A stretch of 63,584 nucleotides of DNA, filler included, from Acidimicrobiia bacterium (lineage in GTDB: Bacteria; Actinomycetota; Acidimicrobiia; Spongiisociales; JAENVV01): assembly GCA_041577335.1 (NCBI GenBank). It is 6 parts of 4 records of this genome, joined end to end, with 100 filler letters (N's around TTAATTAATTAA, not from the genome) between each part and the next. Parts side by side here need not be neighbours in the genome. Positions count along the whole stretch, not along the records: positions 21,739 to 26,914 come from JBFGJH010000009.1; positions 27,015 to 28,300 come from JBFGJH010000009.1; positions 28,401 to 59,074 come from JBFGJH010000038.1; 3 more parts are not named here. One strand, given 5' to 3'. Positions within the stretch are counted from its first letter, which is position 1. Each line of letters begins with the position of its first letter. The notes under the pieces were generated by a model. That model was not told where the DNA came from. It worked only from the letters and a program-made list of their open reading frames with translations, and did no database searches. Shown piece by piece: positions 21,739 through 29,614 of this stretch. The position numbers and the translations under genes were made by a program.

Positions 21739-21904
21739 CGGTTTGGCCGGGTGTCGTGTCTGATGGGCTGTTGCCGGTTTGGCCGGGTGCGGTGTCTGAT
21801 GGGCTGTTGCCGGTTTGGCCGGGTGTCGTGTCTGATGGGCTGTTGCCGGTTTGGCCGGGTGCGGTGTCTGATGGGCTGTTGCCGGTTTGGCCGGGTGCGG
21901 TGTC
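21739..21904 (-). repeat. 36-bp coding tandem repeat (~4.5 copies, continues into gap)
   Basis: Unit encodes DT(A/T)PGQTGNSPS with alternating A/T variants; no spacers. Confidence 0.95.
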
Positions 21905-22330
21905 GTTGACATCGTCGGGATGGGGGATCTCGAGACCGACGAACTCGAGTGTGTCGGCAGCGGCGGCTTGCAGCGGGTCCGGGAGCACGCCGGCCGCCGC
22001 GGCAATTCCGGCGCTCGCAGTTGTCATCGCCATCGCGCCGACGGCAACCTTGAAGAACACGCCGGTGGCCAGCGACGAAATAACGGCAGTCCTCCTGGCC
22101 CAAAAGGAAGGCTGAACGATCACGTCGGTGGAAGTGGCGGCAGCGGCGGGTGGAGCGGCGAGGGCAGCGTCGGCTGCAGCAGCGATCTGGATGCTCCGCA
22201 GTACCTCGCTCGGGGGAGCGGTGAGTGCGTCCCGGAGGCCGGTTATCGCCGAGAAGAGCGCTGGGTCGCTCATGACCGATTCCCAGAACACACCGTCGAG
22301 GGGGTCATCGCTGAGGTTGAAGTCTGCCAT
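21739..22330 (-). CDS. Putative anti-sigma-like single-pass membrane protein B with 12-aa tandem-repeat tail (3' truncated)
   Basis: MADFNLSDDP.. N-terminus, hydrophobic Ala/Gly segment, AGVLPDPLQAAA, then repeats; paralog of 22790-23692. Confidence 0.75.
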
Positions 22331-22337
22331 CACGGTC

Positions 22338-22368
22338 GTTACCGGCGATGGCGAGAGATTGGTTACGG
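22338..22368 (-). promoter_or_regulatory. ECF-type promoter motif copy B
   Basis: CCGTAACCAA-N14-CGGTAAC, 7 nt before ATG 22330. Confidence 0.75.
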
Positions 22369-22549
22369 GCTGGACGGGATTTCTCGGCGGAGCAATACGA
22401 TGCCCGGTATCTCGTCGTTGGGCGCCGTGCACTGAGGTCCACGATCGAGGCAGCCGACGGGAACCGGCTGATCCCCTATGTGCTCAGAGTGCCGACGTCC
22501 AGGACCGCAATCGGCGCCGACAATAGAAGCCAACCGATCCATTGACGCG

Positions 22550-22579
22550 AAAAGGAGGCGGGTAGGTCGTCCGCCTCCT
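22550..22579 (-). terminator. Intrinsic terminator
   Basis: AGGAGGCGG-ACGACCTAC-CCGCCTCCTTTT. Confidence 0.75.
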
Positions 22580-22629
22580 CCCCGCAAGGGGGTCTTGCGT
22601 GCCGCTGATGAATCAACTCACGCACCATC
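22550..22629 (-). ncRNA. Candidate ~80-nt structured small RNA
   Basis: Begins 8 nt after promoter copy C; three hairpins, last followed by UUUU. Confidence 0.6.
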
Positions 22630-22636
22630 CAACCGG

Positions 22637-22667
22637 GTAACCGTTCATTGTCCCCGCTTGGTTACGG
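22637..22667 (-). promoter_or_regulatory. ECF-type promoter motif copy C
   Basis: CCGTAACCAA-N14-CGGTTAC in intergenic DNA. Confidence 0.72.
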
Positions 22668-22681
22668 GCGACTTCGCCCGT
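22664..22681. terminator. Inverted repeat, possible terminator of paralog A transcript
   Basis: ACGGGCGA-CT-TCGCCCGT, overlapping the -35 box of copy C; no U-tract. Confidence 0.4.
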
Positions 22682-22789
22682 GGGTCGTGGCGGGTCGAAA
22701 TCGGTCTGAAGCGGGAGAAGGCGACCGCTGGTCGCCTTCTCCTCGGGTGATGTTTCACCCGATCCCTGGTCTCATGGACATGTCAGAAG

Positions 22790-23692
22790 TTACTGGTCGT
22801 CGCCGCCCTGGTCGTCATCGGCGCCAGCGATGCCTTCGTCGTCGCCGCCCTGGTCGTCATCGGCGCCACCGTTGCCTTCGTCGTCGCCGCCCTGGTCGTC
22901 GTCGGCGCCGCCGTCGTCGTCGTCGTTGGGGGCGGTGGTTGTGGCGGGCTCTTCGTCGCCCCGGTCGTCGTCGTCCTCGTCGTCGTTGGGGGTGGTGGTT
23001 GTGGCGGGCTCTTCGTCGCCCTGGTCGTCGTCGTCCTCGTCGTCGGGGGTGGTGGCTGGGGTGGACTGGTCGTCAGACTGTTGGTCATCGTCATCCTCGT
23101 CATTGGGGCCGGTGGTCGTGATGGAAGGTTCGTCGTGTCCCTGGTCGTCGTCGTCTTCGACATCAGACATCGGGCTGTTCGTTGTCGGCTCATCGCCGGT
23201 CGCGGTTGTCGTGACAGTCGCGGGGACGACAACAGGGCCATCGAGCTCGTCGTCGATGGGCTCCTCGAGATCGTCCGGGTGAGGGATCTTGAGGCCGATG
23301 AATTGGAGCGTATCGGCAGCCGCCGCCTGGGCCGGGCCGGGGAGCATGCCTGCGGCTGCGGCAACTCCTCCGCCGGCCGTTGTCAATGCCAACGCGCCGA
23401 CGGCGACCTTGAAGAAGACACCTGTTGCGAGGGAGGAGACGATGGCCGTTCTCCGAGCCCAGAAAGAGGGTCGACCAACAATGAGGTCAGCCGATGCAGC
23501 TCCTACCACTGGCGTGGCCGCCGCGGCGGCATCGGCGGCCGCTGCGATCTGGATGCTCCGGAGCGCCTCCCTCGGAGGGGCAGAGAGTGCGTCCCGGAGG
23601 CCGGTTATCGCCGAGAAGAGGGCTGGGTCGCTCATGACCGATTCCCAGAACACACCGTCGAGGGGGTCATCGCTGAGGTTGAAGTCTGCCAT
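22790..23692 (-). CDS. Putative anti-sigma-like single-pass membrane protein A with Asp-rich repeat tail (300 aa)
   Basis: Immediately downstream of ECF sigma; N-domain, hydrophobic segment, AGMLPGPAQAAA, long D/E/T-rich tail. Confidence 0.8.
   Translation of the reverse strand: MADFNLSDDPLDGVFWESVMSDPALFSAITGLRDALSAPPREALRSIQIAAAADAAAAATPVVGAASADLIVGRPSFWARRTAIVSSLATGVFFKVAVGALALTTAGGGVAAAAGMLPGPAQAAAADTLQFIGLKIPHPDDLEEPIDDELDGPVVVPATVTTTATGDEPTTNSPMSDVEDDDDQGHDEPSITTTGPNDEDDDDQQSDDQSTPATTPDDEDDDDQGDEEPATTTTPNDDEDDDDRGDEEPATTTAPNDDDDGGADDDQGGDDEGNGGADDDQGGDDEGIAGADDDQGGDDQ
22793..23110 (-). repeat. Degenerate coding tandem repeats (39-bp and 60-bp units)
   Basis: GADDDQGGDDEG(N/I) about x3 and DDEDDDD(Q/R)GDEEPATTT(T/A)PN about x2-3. 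Confidence 0.85.
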
Positions 23693-23699
23693 CGCCTTC

Positions 23700-23730
23700 G
23701 TAACCGGAGCCCGCCCGCGGTTGGTTACGG
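23700..23730 (-). promoter_or_regulatory. ECF-type promoter motif copy A
   Basis: CCGTAACCAA-N14-CGGTTAC, 7 nt before ATG 23692; -35 box contains the sigma gene TAA stop. Confidence 0.75.
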
Positions 23731-24261
23731 ACTCGTGGGTATTTTCCTGCGAAGCGAGGTGATCGCTCGGTGCTGGAGTTGTTTGATGGCGTTGGCGTTC
23801 TTGTCCATGATGGCTGCCGTTTCCTCCAGGCTCAGGCCCGCAATCACCCGAAGGGCCAAGACTTCCCGCTGCTCGTCGGTGAGCACCTCCAACATCTCCA
23901 TGGCGGCGTCGAGACTCATGTTTTCGAACGCGCCATGCTCGGCCGAAGCGACGGCGGGGTGGTGGACCTCCCGCAGCTCCTGCTCCGGTCGGCGACCCCG
24001 CCTCCTCCGTTCGTCGATGACCCGATTGTGGGCGATCAGGAAGAGCCAGGATCGGAATTCGGATTCTCCGCCCTCGAAAGTGCCGACGTTCCGGGCAACC
24101 TGCAACAGCACGTCGCCGAGAAGGCCCTCGGGGTCCACAGCGCCACGCGAGCGCAAGTATCCGAGCACCCGGCCGGCATAGGCGTCGTGAAGGCGCGACC
24201 AAGCCCAGTCCGCACCCGCCTGAGCGGCGTGCAAGACTCCCTCGAATTCGTGGAGTTGCAT
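23725..24261 (-). CDS. ECF sigma-70 factor
   Basis: Region 2 FRSWLFLIAHNRVIDERRR; region 4 LTDEQREVLALR..GLSLEETAAIMDKNANAIKQLQHRA. Confidence 0.95.
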   Translation of the reverse strand: MQLHEFEGVLHAAQAGADWAWSRLHDAYAGRVLGYLRSRGAVDPEGLLGDVLLQVARNVGTFEGGESEFRSWLFLIAHNRVIDERRRRGRRPEQELREVHHPAVASAEHGAFENMSLDAAMEMLEVLTDEQREVLALRVIAGLSLEETAAIMDKNANAIKQLQHRAITSLRRKIPTSP

Positions 24262-24386
24262 ATGTCTCCGTCGGTATGAATCGGGCCGGACTTTAATGTT
24301 CCTGCTCCGCCCACTTGCCTAGGGTCACAACGGAATAGCTCGAACGGCTTACAGCGATGCCCATCCGCTCCACCGAGGGAGACCCA

Positions 24387-24797
24387 GTGAGAGATACAGA
24401 GGCGAGGGAACGGCTGACCACGGCGCGGGTGGCACGGCTCGCCACGGTGGATCGAGCCGGTCGGCCCCACCTGGTTCCCATTGTGTTCGCGCTTTCTGGC
24501 GAGACCATCGTCAGCGCCGTGGACTTCAAGCCCAAACGTACGAAAGCGCTGAAAAGGCTGTCCAACATTGGGGCCAATCCGCGCGTTTCGGTGCTTGTCG
24601 ACGAATACGACGAGGAGTGGTCGAGATTGTGGTGGGTCCGGGTTGACGGTTCGGCTCAGGTGCTCCCCGCCGCGGACGCCGAGGCGGGGCTGGCATCGCT
24701 GGTGGAGAAGTACCCGCAGTACCATTCGTCGGCCTTGGACGGCCCCGTGATCGTGATCACCATCGACAAGGTGGTGGGATGGTCTGGCTCTGACTAG
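24387..24797 (+). CDS. PPOX-class probable F420-dependent oxidoreductase (Rv0121c-like)
   Basis: ARLATV..PHLVPIVFA, AVDFKPK, NPRVSVLVDEYDEEWSRLWWVRVDG. Confidence 0.88.
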   Translation: MRDTEARERLTTARVARLATVDRAGRPHLVPIVFALSGETIVSAVDFKPKRTKALKRLSNIGANPRVSVLVDEYDEEWSRLWWVRVDGSAQVLPAADAEAGLASLVEKYPQYHSSALDGPVIVITIDKVVGWSGSD

Positions 24798-26047
24798 TCG
24801 TCGGTCGCAAGGAGACGCCGGCGTCCGAACGCCCACGGCCGCGCCGGATCGGCCAGGAGCGCCTGGTAGACGCTGATCGCTGCTCGGTCGAATGCCACGG
24901 CCGACCCAGCCATGTAGAGCCGCCAGGTACGGAAGATCCTTTCGTTTGCTGCACCTATCGCTGCGTCGGCGTTCGCTTCGAGGTTCTCTACCCAATGACG
25001 GAGAGTCAGCGTGTAGCTCTGTCGAATCGACTCGAGATCTCGCAGCTCCCATCCTGCCCGCTCTGCTTCGGCCAAGCTCAGCTCGATGGGATGCAGCTCA
25101 CCGTCAGGAAACACATAAGTGTTGACGAAGGTCGGTCGATTGCGAAGATGCCGAGTGCGGTCTCGGGTTGTGATCCCGTGGTTGAGGGCGAGGCCCCCAG
25201 GAGCGAGGAGGCCGCGTAGCTGGCGGAAATAGGTTCCGAGTCTGGCTTTGCCCACGTGTTCGAACATGCCTATCGAGGAGATCTTGTCGAAAGTGCCTGT
25301 GACTTCTCGGTAGTCCCGGACAACGAATTCGCAGCGGTCCGCGAGTTTGCGCTCGACAGCCCATGCGGTGGCGTAGGCGGCTTGTTCGTCGCTCAGCGTG
25401 ATGCCCGTCACGGAGCAGCCATAGTGCTCCGCAGCGTGGAGACCGAGCGCCCCCCATCCGCAACCAACGTCGAGTAGCCGCTCGCCGGGACGGAGGTCGA
25501 GCTTGCGGCAGATGAGGTCGAGTTTCCGTCGCTGGGCCTTGTCGAGCGGCTCGGTTGGGTCGAGGAAGTAGGCGCACGAATAGACCATGGAAGGGTCGAG
25601 GAAGGTGGCGAAGAACTCGTTGCCCGTGTCATAGTGATACGAGATGGCGCCGCGATCGCGGCGAACCGAGTGGGGAAGTCCACGCATTGCCGGCCGGGCG
25701 GGTCGTGGCGGCCGGGTGTCTGATGGCAGGCTCCGCAGGGCTCGCATCAGCCGAAGCCGTTGTCGCACAGTCGGGCCCGGATTCTGGAGCGTGGCGGCAA
25801 ACTCCAGCACCGGCAGTATCTCGCCTTCCAGGTCGATATCGCCGTAGAGGTAGGCCTCGCCCGCACTGAGGTCGTTGGGGGGCAGCAGCATTGATCGCAG
25901 CGCCCCAGGATGGTTCAACACGATCGTCGAGGGGGCGTGAGATGGTCCCCAGGATTCACCGGTCCAGGCTCGGGCCTTGGGAGGGGGAGACGTGCTGATG
26001 CGGCACAGCAGGTCATAGATAGACTGTGAGGCCTCCAGTGCACCCAT
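24794..26047 (-). CDS. cfa: Cyclopropane-fatty-acyl-phospholipid synthase family methyltransferase
   Basis: ISYHYD, MVYSCAYF, LDVGCGWG, SIGMFEHVG, YVFPDGEL. Confidence 0.9.
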   Translation of the reverse strand: MGALEASQSIYDLLCRISTSPPPKARAWTGESWGPSHAPSTIVLNHPGALRSMLLPPNDLSAGEAYLYGDIDLEGEILPVLEFAATLQNPGPTVRQRLRLMRALRSLPSDTRPPRPARPAMRGLPHSVRRDRGAISYHYDTGNEFFATFLDPSMVYSCAYFLDPTEPLDKAQRRKLDLICRKLDLRPGERLLDVGCGWGALGLHAAEHYGCSVTGITLSDEQAAYATAWAVERKLADRCEFVVRDYREVTGTFDKISSIGMFEHVGKARLGTYFRQLRGLLAPGGLALNHGITTRDRTRHLRNRPTFVNTYVFPDGELHPIELSLAEAERAGWELRDLESIRQSYTLTLRHWVENLEANADAAIGAANERIFRTWRLYMAGSAVAFDRAAISVYQALLADPARPWAFGRRRLLATDD

Positions 26048-26112
26048 GATCTGCAATGGTACGCGATGTCGGGTTGAGGCGTGACGGTGCCACGCCTCTG
26101 CCACTCTCCCAG

Positions 26113-26128
26113 TCGAACATGTGTTCGA
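26113..26128. promoter_or_regulatory. LexA (SOS) box
   Basis: TCGAAC-ATGT-GTTCGA, matching Gram-positive GAAC-N4-GTTC, adjacent to -10 TAGAGT of dnaE2. Confidence 0.9.
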
Positions 26129-26141
26129 TTAGAGTGACGAG

Positions 26142-26914
26142 ATGTACGCAGAGCTCCATTGTCACACGAACTTCTCGTTCCTCGACGGTGCCTCGCATCC
26201 CGAAGTGTTGGTAGAACAAGCAGCTGAGCATGGCTATGAGGCCTTGGCCGTGACCGATCATCATGGCTTCTATGGGGCAGTGCGTTTTTCGGAAGCTGCC
26301 AAAGCGATCGGCATGCCCGCGGTCTACGGGACCGAGATCGGGCTGTCGATGGATCTCACAACGGCCGCCGCGGATCCGTTCCGTCGAGCAGAGTTGCGTG
26401 ATCAGGAGCGACAGTCGGCCGACCGTAAGGGAAGGCGAGGGCGCTCAACGAGCATGCACGGCACCAAGCCGACAACGACCCCACCAACCAATCACCTGGT
26501 TTTGCTAGCTCCCGATCCCGTCGGTTATGCCGCACTCAGCAAGCTCGTGTCGACGGCGCAATTTCGAGGCGAAAAGGACCGACCCGTCTATCTCTGGGAG
26601 GACGTGGCTCAGGCAAGCGCCGAGTCGCAGCTCATTGCCCTCACGGGGTGCTGGCAGGGGGCCGTCCCTCGTGCTGCCCAGCGGGGTGACCTGGCCACAG
26701 CCATGCGCGAAGCCACTCAGCTCCGCGACGTGTTCGGCGATCGTTTGCGAGTCGAAATCTGGCATCACCGTATGCCAGAAGATGACCTTCGCAATGATGT
26801 GCTTGCCGAGGTGGCAGCCCGGCTGTCCATTCCCACAGTTGCCACCAACAACGTTCATTACGACGAACCAGTCGAAGCCGACCTATCCGAGGTCATGGCG
26901 GCAATTGCCGGACG
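26142..26914 (+). CDS. dnaE2: Error-prone DNA polymerase DnaE2/ImuC, PHP domain (3' truncated)
   Basis: YAELHCHTNFSFLDGASHPE, LAVTDH, VATNNVHY; SOS box upstream. Confidence 0.88.
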
Positions 26915-27014
26915 NNNNNNNNNNNNNNNNNNNNNNNNNNNNNNNNNNNNNNNNNNNNTTAATTAATTAANNNNNNNNNNNNNNNNNNNNNNNNNNNNNN
27001 NNNNNNNNNNNNNN
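26915..27014. other. Artificial contig linker
   Basis: N-run/TTAATTAATTAA/N-run. Confidence 0.99.
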
Positions 27015-27093
27015 AGCCGGCCCACCGACTCTGGCGCCGAAGGCGCCGTACCGATACCCTGGAGGGCATCGGCACCAACTGGAAGGGACCATC

Positions 27094-28149
27094 GTGAGCA
27101 ACATCGTTCATGTAGTGGGCACGGGAACGATCGGCGAACCGCTCATCGGCGTGCTGGCCGATCACCGGGAGGATTTCGGCATCGACGAGGTCACGTTCCA
27201 AAAGCGGACACCCCTCCGCGAAGAGCGTGGCAAGGTGGCAGACCTGCAACGCCGCGGCGCCTCCCTGGCGGTTGACGCCGATCGCCGAGCGGCATTCGAA
27301 GAGCTTGGTCACGCCGCCAAATACGAATCCTCCGAAGCGATCGGGCGGGCCTCAGTGGTGATCGACTGTACGCCGGCGGGCCTCGCCAACAAAGAGGCGA
27401 GCTACGTCAATGCGCACGGCCCGCTCGGGTTCATGGCTCAGGGCTCGGAGTTCGGCTTCGGCAAGATGTACGCCCGCGGCATCAACGATGAAGCGCTGGA
27501 TCACGCCTCGGACCGGTTCTTGCACATCGTTTCCTGCAACACCCACAACATCTCTGCGCTCATCAAGACCATCGCCATGACCGACAACGAATCGCAGCTC
27601 GCCGATGGGCGATTCGTCTGCCTGCGCCGGGCCAACGACATTTCCCAGGACGATGCCTATGTGCCGGCGCCCACGGCCGGCGCCCACGGCGTCGAGCGAT
27701 TCGGGACCCATCATGCTCGCGACGCTCATCACCTGTTCATGACAATGGGGCACGATCTTCCCGTCTTTTCGTCGGCCATGAAGCTGAATACGCAATACAT
27801 GCATTCGATGTGGTTCTCGTTGATGCTCGACCGTGAGATCACCCGCGACGAGGTGATCGACCGTCTCAATTCCAACACCCGGGTTGCCCTCACCTACAAG
27901 AACTCGGCGAACGCCGTCTTTTCGTTCGGCCGCGACCATGGCTACTACGGCCGGATCCTCAATCACGCCGTCGTTCCCGTCGACAGCCTCACGGTGAGAG
28001 ACGGGCATGAAGTGGTCGGTTTCTGTTTCACGCCCCAGGACGGCAACTCGCTGCTGTCATCGGTCGCCGCCACGCTCTGGTATCTCCACCCCGGCGGCTT
28101 CGAAGAGCGCATCGACTCCCTGCGCCGGTACCTGTTCCGCGAGGTGTAG
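27094..28149 (+). CDS. Archaeal-type (class II) glyceraldehyde-3-phosphate dehydrogenase-like protein
   Basis: GTGTIG Rossmann, VIDCTP, QGSE, catalytic VSCNT, RRAND, THHARD, TQYMH. Confidence 0.8.
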   Translation: MSNIVHVVGTGTIGEPLIGVLADHREDFGIDEVTFQKRTPLREERGKVADLQRRGASLAVDADRRAAFEELGHAAKYESSEAIGRASVVIDCTPAGLANKEASYVNAHGPLGFMAQGSEFGFGKMYARGINDEALDHASDRFLHIVSCNTHNISALIKTIAMTDNESQLADGRFVCLRRANDISQDDAYVPAPTAGAHGVERFGTHHARDAHHLFMTMGHDLPVFSSAMKLNTQYMHSMWFSLMLDREITRDEVIDRLNSNTRVALTYKNSANAVFSFGRDHGYYGRILNHAVVPVDSLTVRDGHEVVGFCFTPQDGNSLLSSVAATLWYLHPGGFEERIDSLRRYLFREV

Positions 28150-28152
28150 GCG

Positions 28153-28183
28153 CCGATCGGATCAGGATCCGATCGGATTTCTT
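28153..28183 (+). terminator. Intrinsic terminator-like hairpin
   Basis: CCGATCGGATC-AG-GATCCGATCGG followed by ATTTCTT, just after stop. Confidence 0.6.
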
Positions 28184-28247
28184 GACGTGCCGCACTTCGG
28201 CGGCGCTCATGATGTGGTTGGTGACGACGCGGTCGCCACCAACCACT

Positions 28248-28290
28248 TGTGAGGGGGACGGCGGAGCCTTCCCCCTCACACACCCCCCGG
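28248..28290. repeat. REP-like palindrome at contig end
   Basis: TGTGAGGGGGA..TCCCCCTCACA stem followed by C-run. Confidence 0.5.
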
Positions 28291-28300
28291 TTTCCTCCTC

Positions 28301-28400
28301 NNNNNNNNNNNNNNNNNNNNNNNNNNNNNNNNNNNNNNNNNNNNTTAATTAATTAANNNNNNNNNNNNNNNNNNNNNNNNNNNNNNNNNNNNNNNNNNNN
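28301..28400. other. Artificial contig linker
   Basis: N-run/TTAATTAATTAA/N-run. Confidence 0.99.
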
Positions 28401-29204
28401 ATTCCGGCCCTGCAATCTGGCTCATTGTTCGGCGACAAGGTGGGGATCGAGGTCGTCGACGCTCAATGGATCCAATCGACCGAGGCAACGGTGGTCGCCG
28501 AACTCCTCGTCGGCGTCGATCCTCAGGCCGTGGCAGTCGTGTTGGTGGCGGCCGGCTCCCTGCCGAAGGCGCTCGCCGACGTGCTGAAAGGTCGAGCCGA
28601 GAAGATCTCGATATCCAAGCTGAGAGACCGTGACATCCGCGACCTGCTGGGAGACGAGCTGAGCAAACGAGGTCTCGAAGCCGATCGCGACGGTGCTCAG
28701 GCGCTCATGGCACGGTTCGGAACCGACCTGGGATCGCTCCGCCGAGCTCTCGATCAGCTGGTCGGCACGCACGAGAAGATCACCCGCTCTCTGGTGCTCG
28801 ACCGCTTCAAGAATCGCCCCGAGGAAGGCATGTGGCATTACACGGACGCTGTGTCGGCAGGTCAGGTCGGGCAGGCTTTGTTGCACCTCGATGCGTTGCT
28901 CACCCACACGCATCCATTGGCTCTCATCGGAGCGTTGGAGTCGGACCTTCGCCAGAAGTCCTACGCGTCTGCTGCTCCTGACTTTGATACGTTCGCAGCG
29001 TGGATGCCGCCCCGGGCCCAGACATGGAAAGTCGAGAAGCTCTGGAAAGCACGGGGCCGGGTGTCCGATTCCGATCTCCACCGGGCAGTGTCGGCGCTCA
29101 CTCGAGCCGACCGGATTCTCAAATCCACCCCGGAGGAAACCCATCGGGTCACCATGGAGCGCCTCACGGTTGCGCTTTGTCGTTGGTATTCGAACCGTCC
29201 CTGA
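28401..29204 (+). CDS. holA: DNA polymerase III delta subunit (5' truncated)
   Basis: Frame open from gap, GSLFG motif, G.DL..L..ALDQL, RADRILK; upstream of rpsT. Confidence 0.82.
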   Translation: MPALQSGSLFGDKVGIEVVDAQWIQSTEATVVAELLVGVDPQAVAVVLVAAGSLPKALADVLKGRAEKISISKLRDRDIRDLLGDELSKRGLEADRDGAQALMARFGTDLGSLRRALDQLVGTHEKITRSLVLDRFKNRPEEGMWHYTDAVSAGQVGQALLHLDALLTHTHPLALIGALESDLRQKSYASAAPDFDTFAAWMPPRAQTWKVEKLWKARGRVSDSDLHRAVSALTRADRILKSTPEETHRVTMERLTVALCRWYSNRP

Positions 29205-29320
29205 GATTGGCTCACGCACAGGCCTTTGCTACAGTGCAGGCTGCGCGCTGAGCGTGCAGTTCCTTACGCCCTGTCGCCGGTCATTCGCGGCATGGGCCTC
29301 GACATCAAGGATTCCTTTCG

Positions 29321-29587
29321 ATGGCCAACATCAAGTCACAGATGAAGCGAAATCGGCAAAACGAGAAACGCCGCCTCGCCAACCGATCGCTGCGCTCCGA
29401 GTTGAAGACGCGGATCAAGTCGGTCGAGACGGCCGTCGAAGCCGGCGATATCAGTGCTGCCGAGACTGCGCTACGGCACGCCCAGAAGCGCATCGACATG
29501 GCTGCCTCGAAGGGCCTTCTCAAGAAGAACACCGCTGCCCGGCGGAAATCTCGGCTCGCCAAGCAGGTCCAACGGCTCGCTTCCTAG
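29321..29587 (+). CDS. rpsT: 30S ribosomal protein S20
   Basis: MANIKSQMKRNRQ..KNTAARRKSRL. Confidence 0.98.
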   Translation: MANIKSQMKRNRQNEKRRLANRSLRSELKTRIKSVETAVEAGDISAAETALRHAQKRIDMAASKGLLKKNTAARRKSRLAKQVQRLAS

Positions 29588-29614
29588 ACGGCGTCGAGAC
29601 TGCGTACAACGACG

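Noticed and set aside
21739..21904. 36-bp repeats as a CRISPR array
   Set aside because: Units are contiguous with no spacers, are in frame within a CDS, and no cas genes are present
22790..24202. 470-aa ORF as a single protein overlapping the sigma gene
   Set aside because: N-terminal 170 aa is an alternate frame of the sigma gene; paralog alignment and promoter spacing place the start at 23692
24262..24356. Fourth copy of the ECF motif upstream of the sigma gene
   Set aside because: Only a weak TGTAAGC..CGTTG match with wrong spacing; no evidence of direct autoregulation
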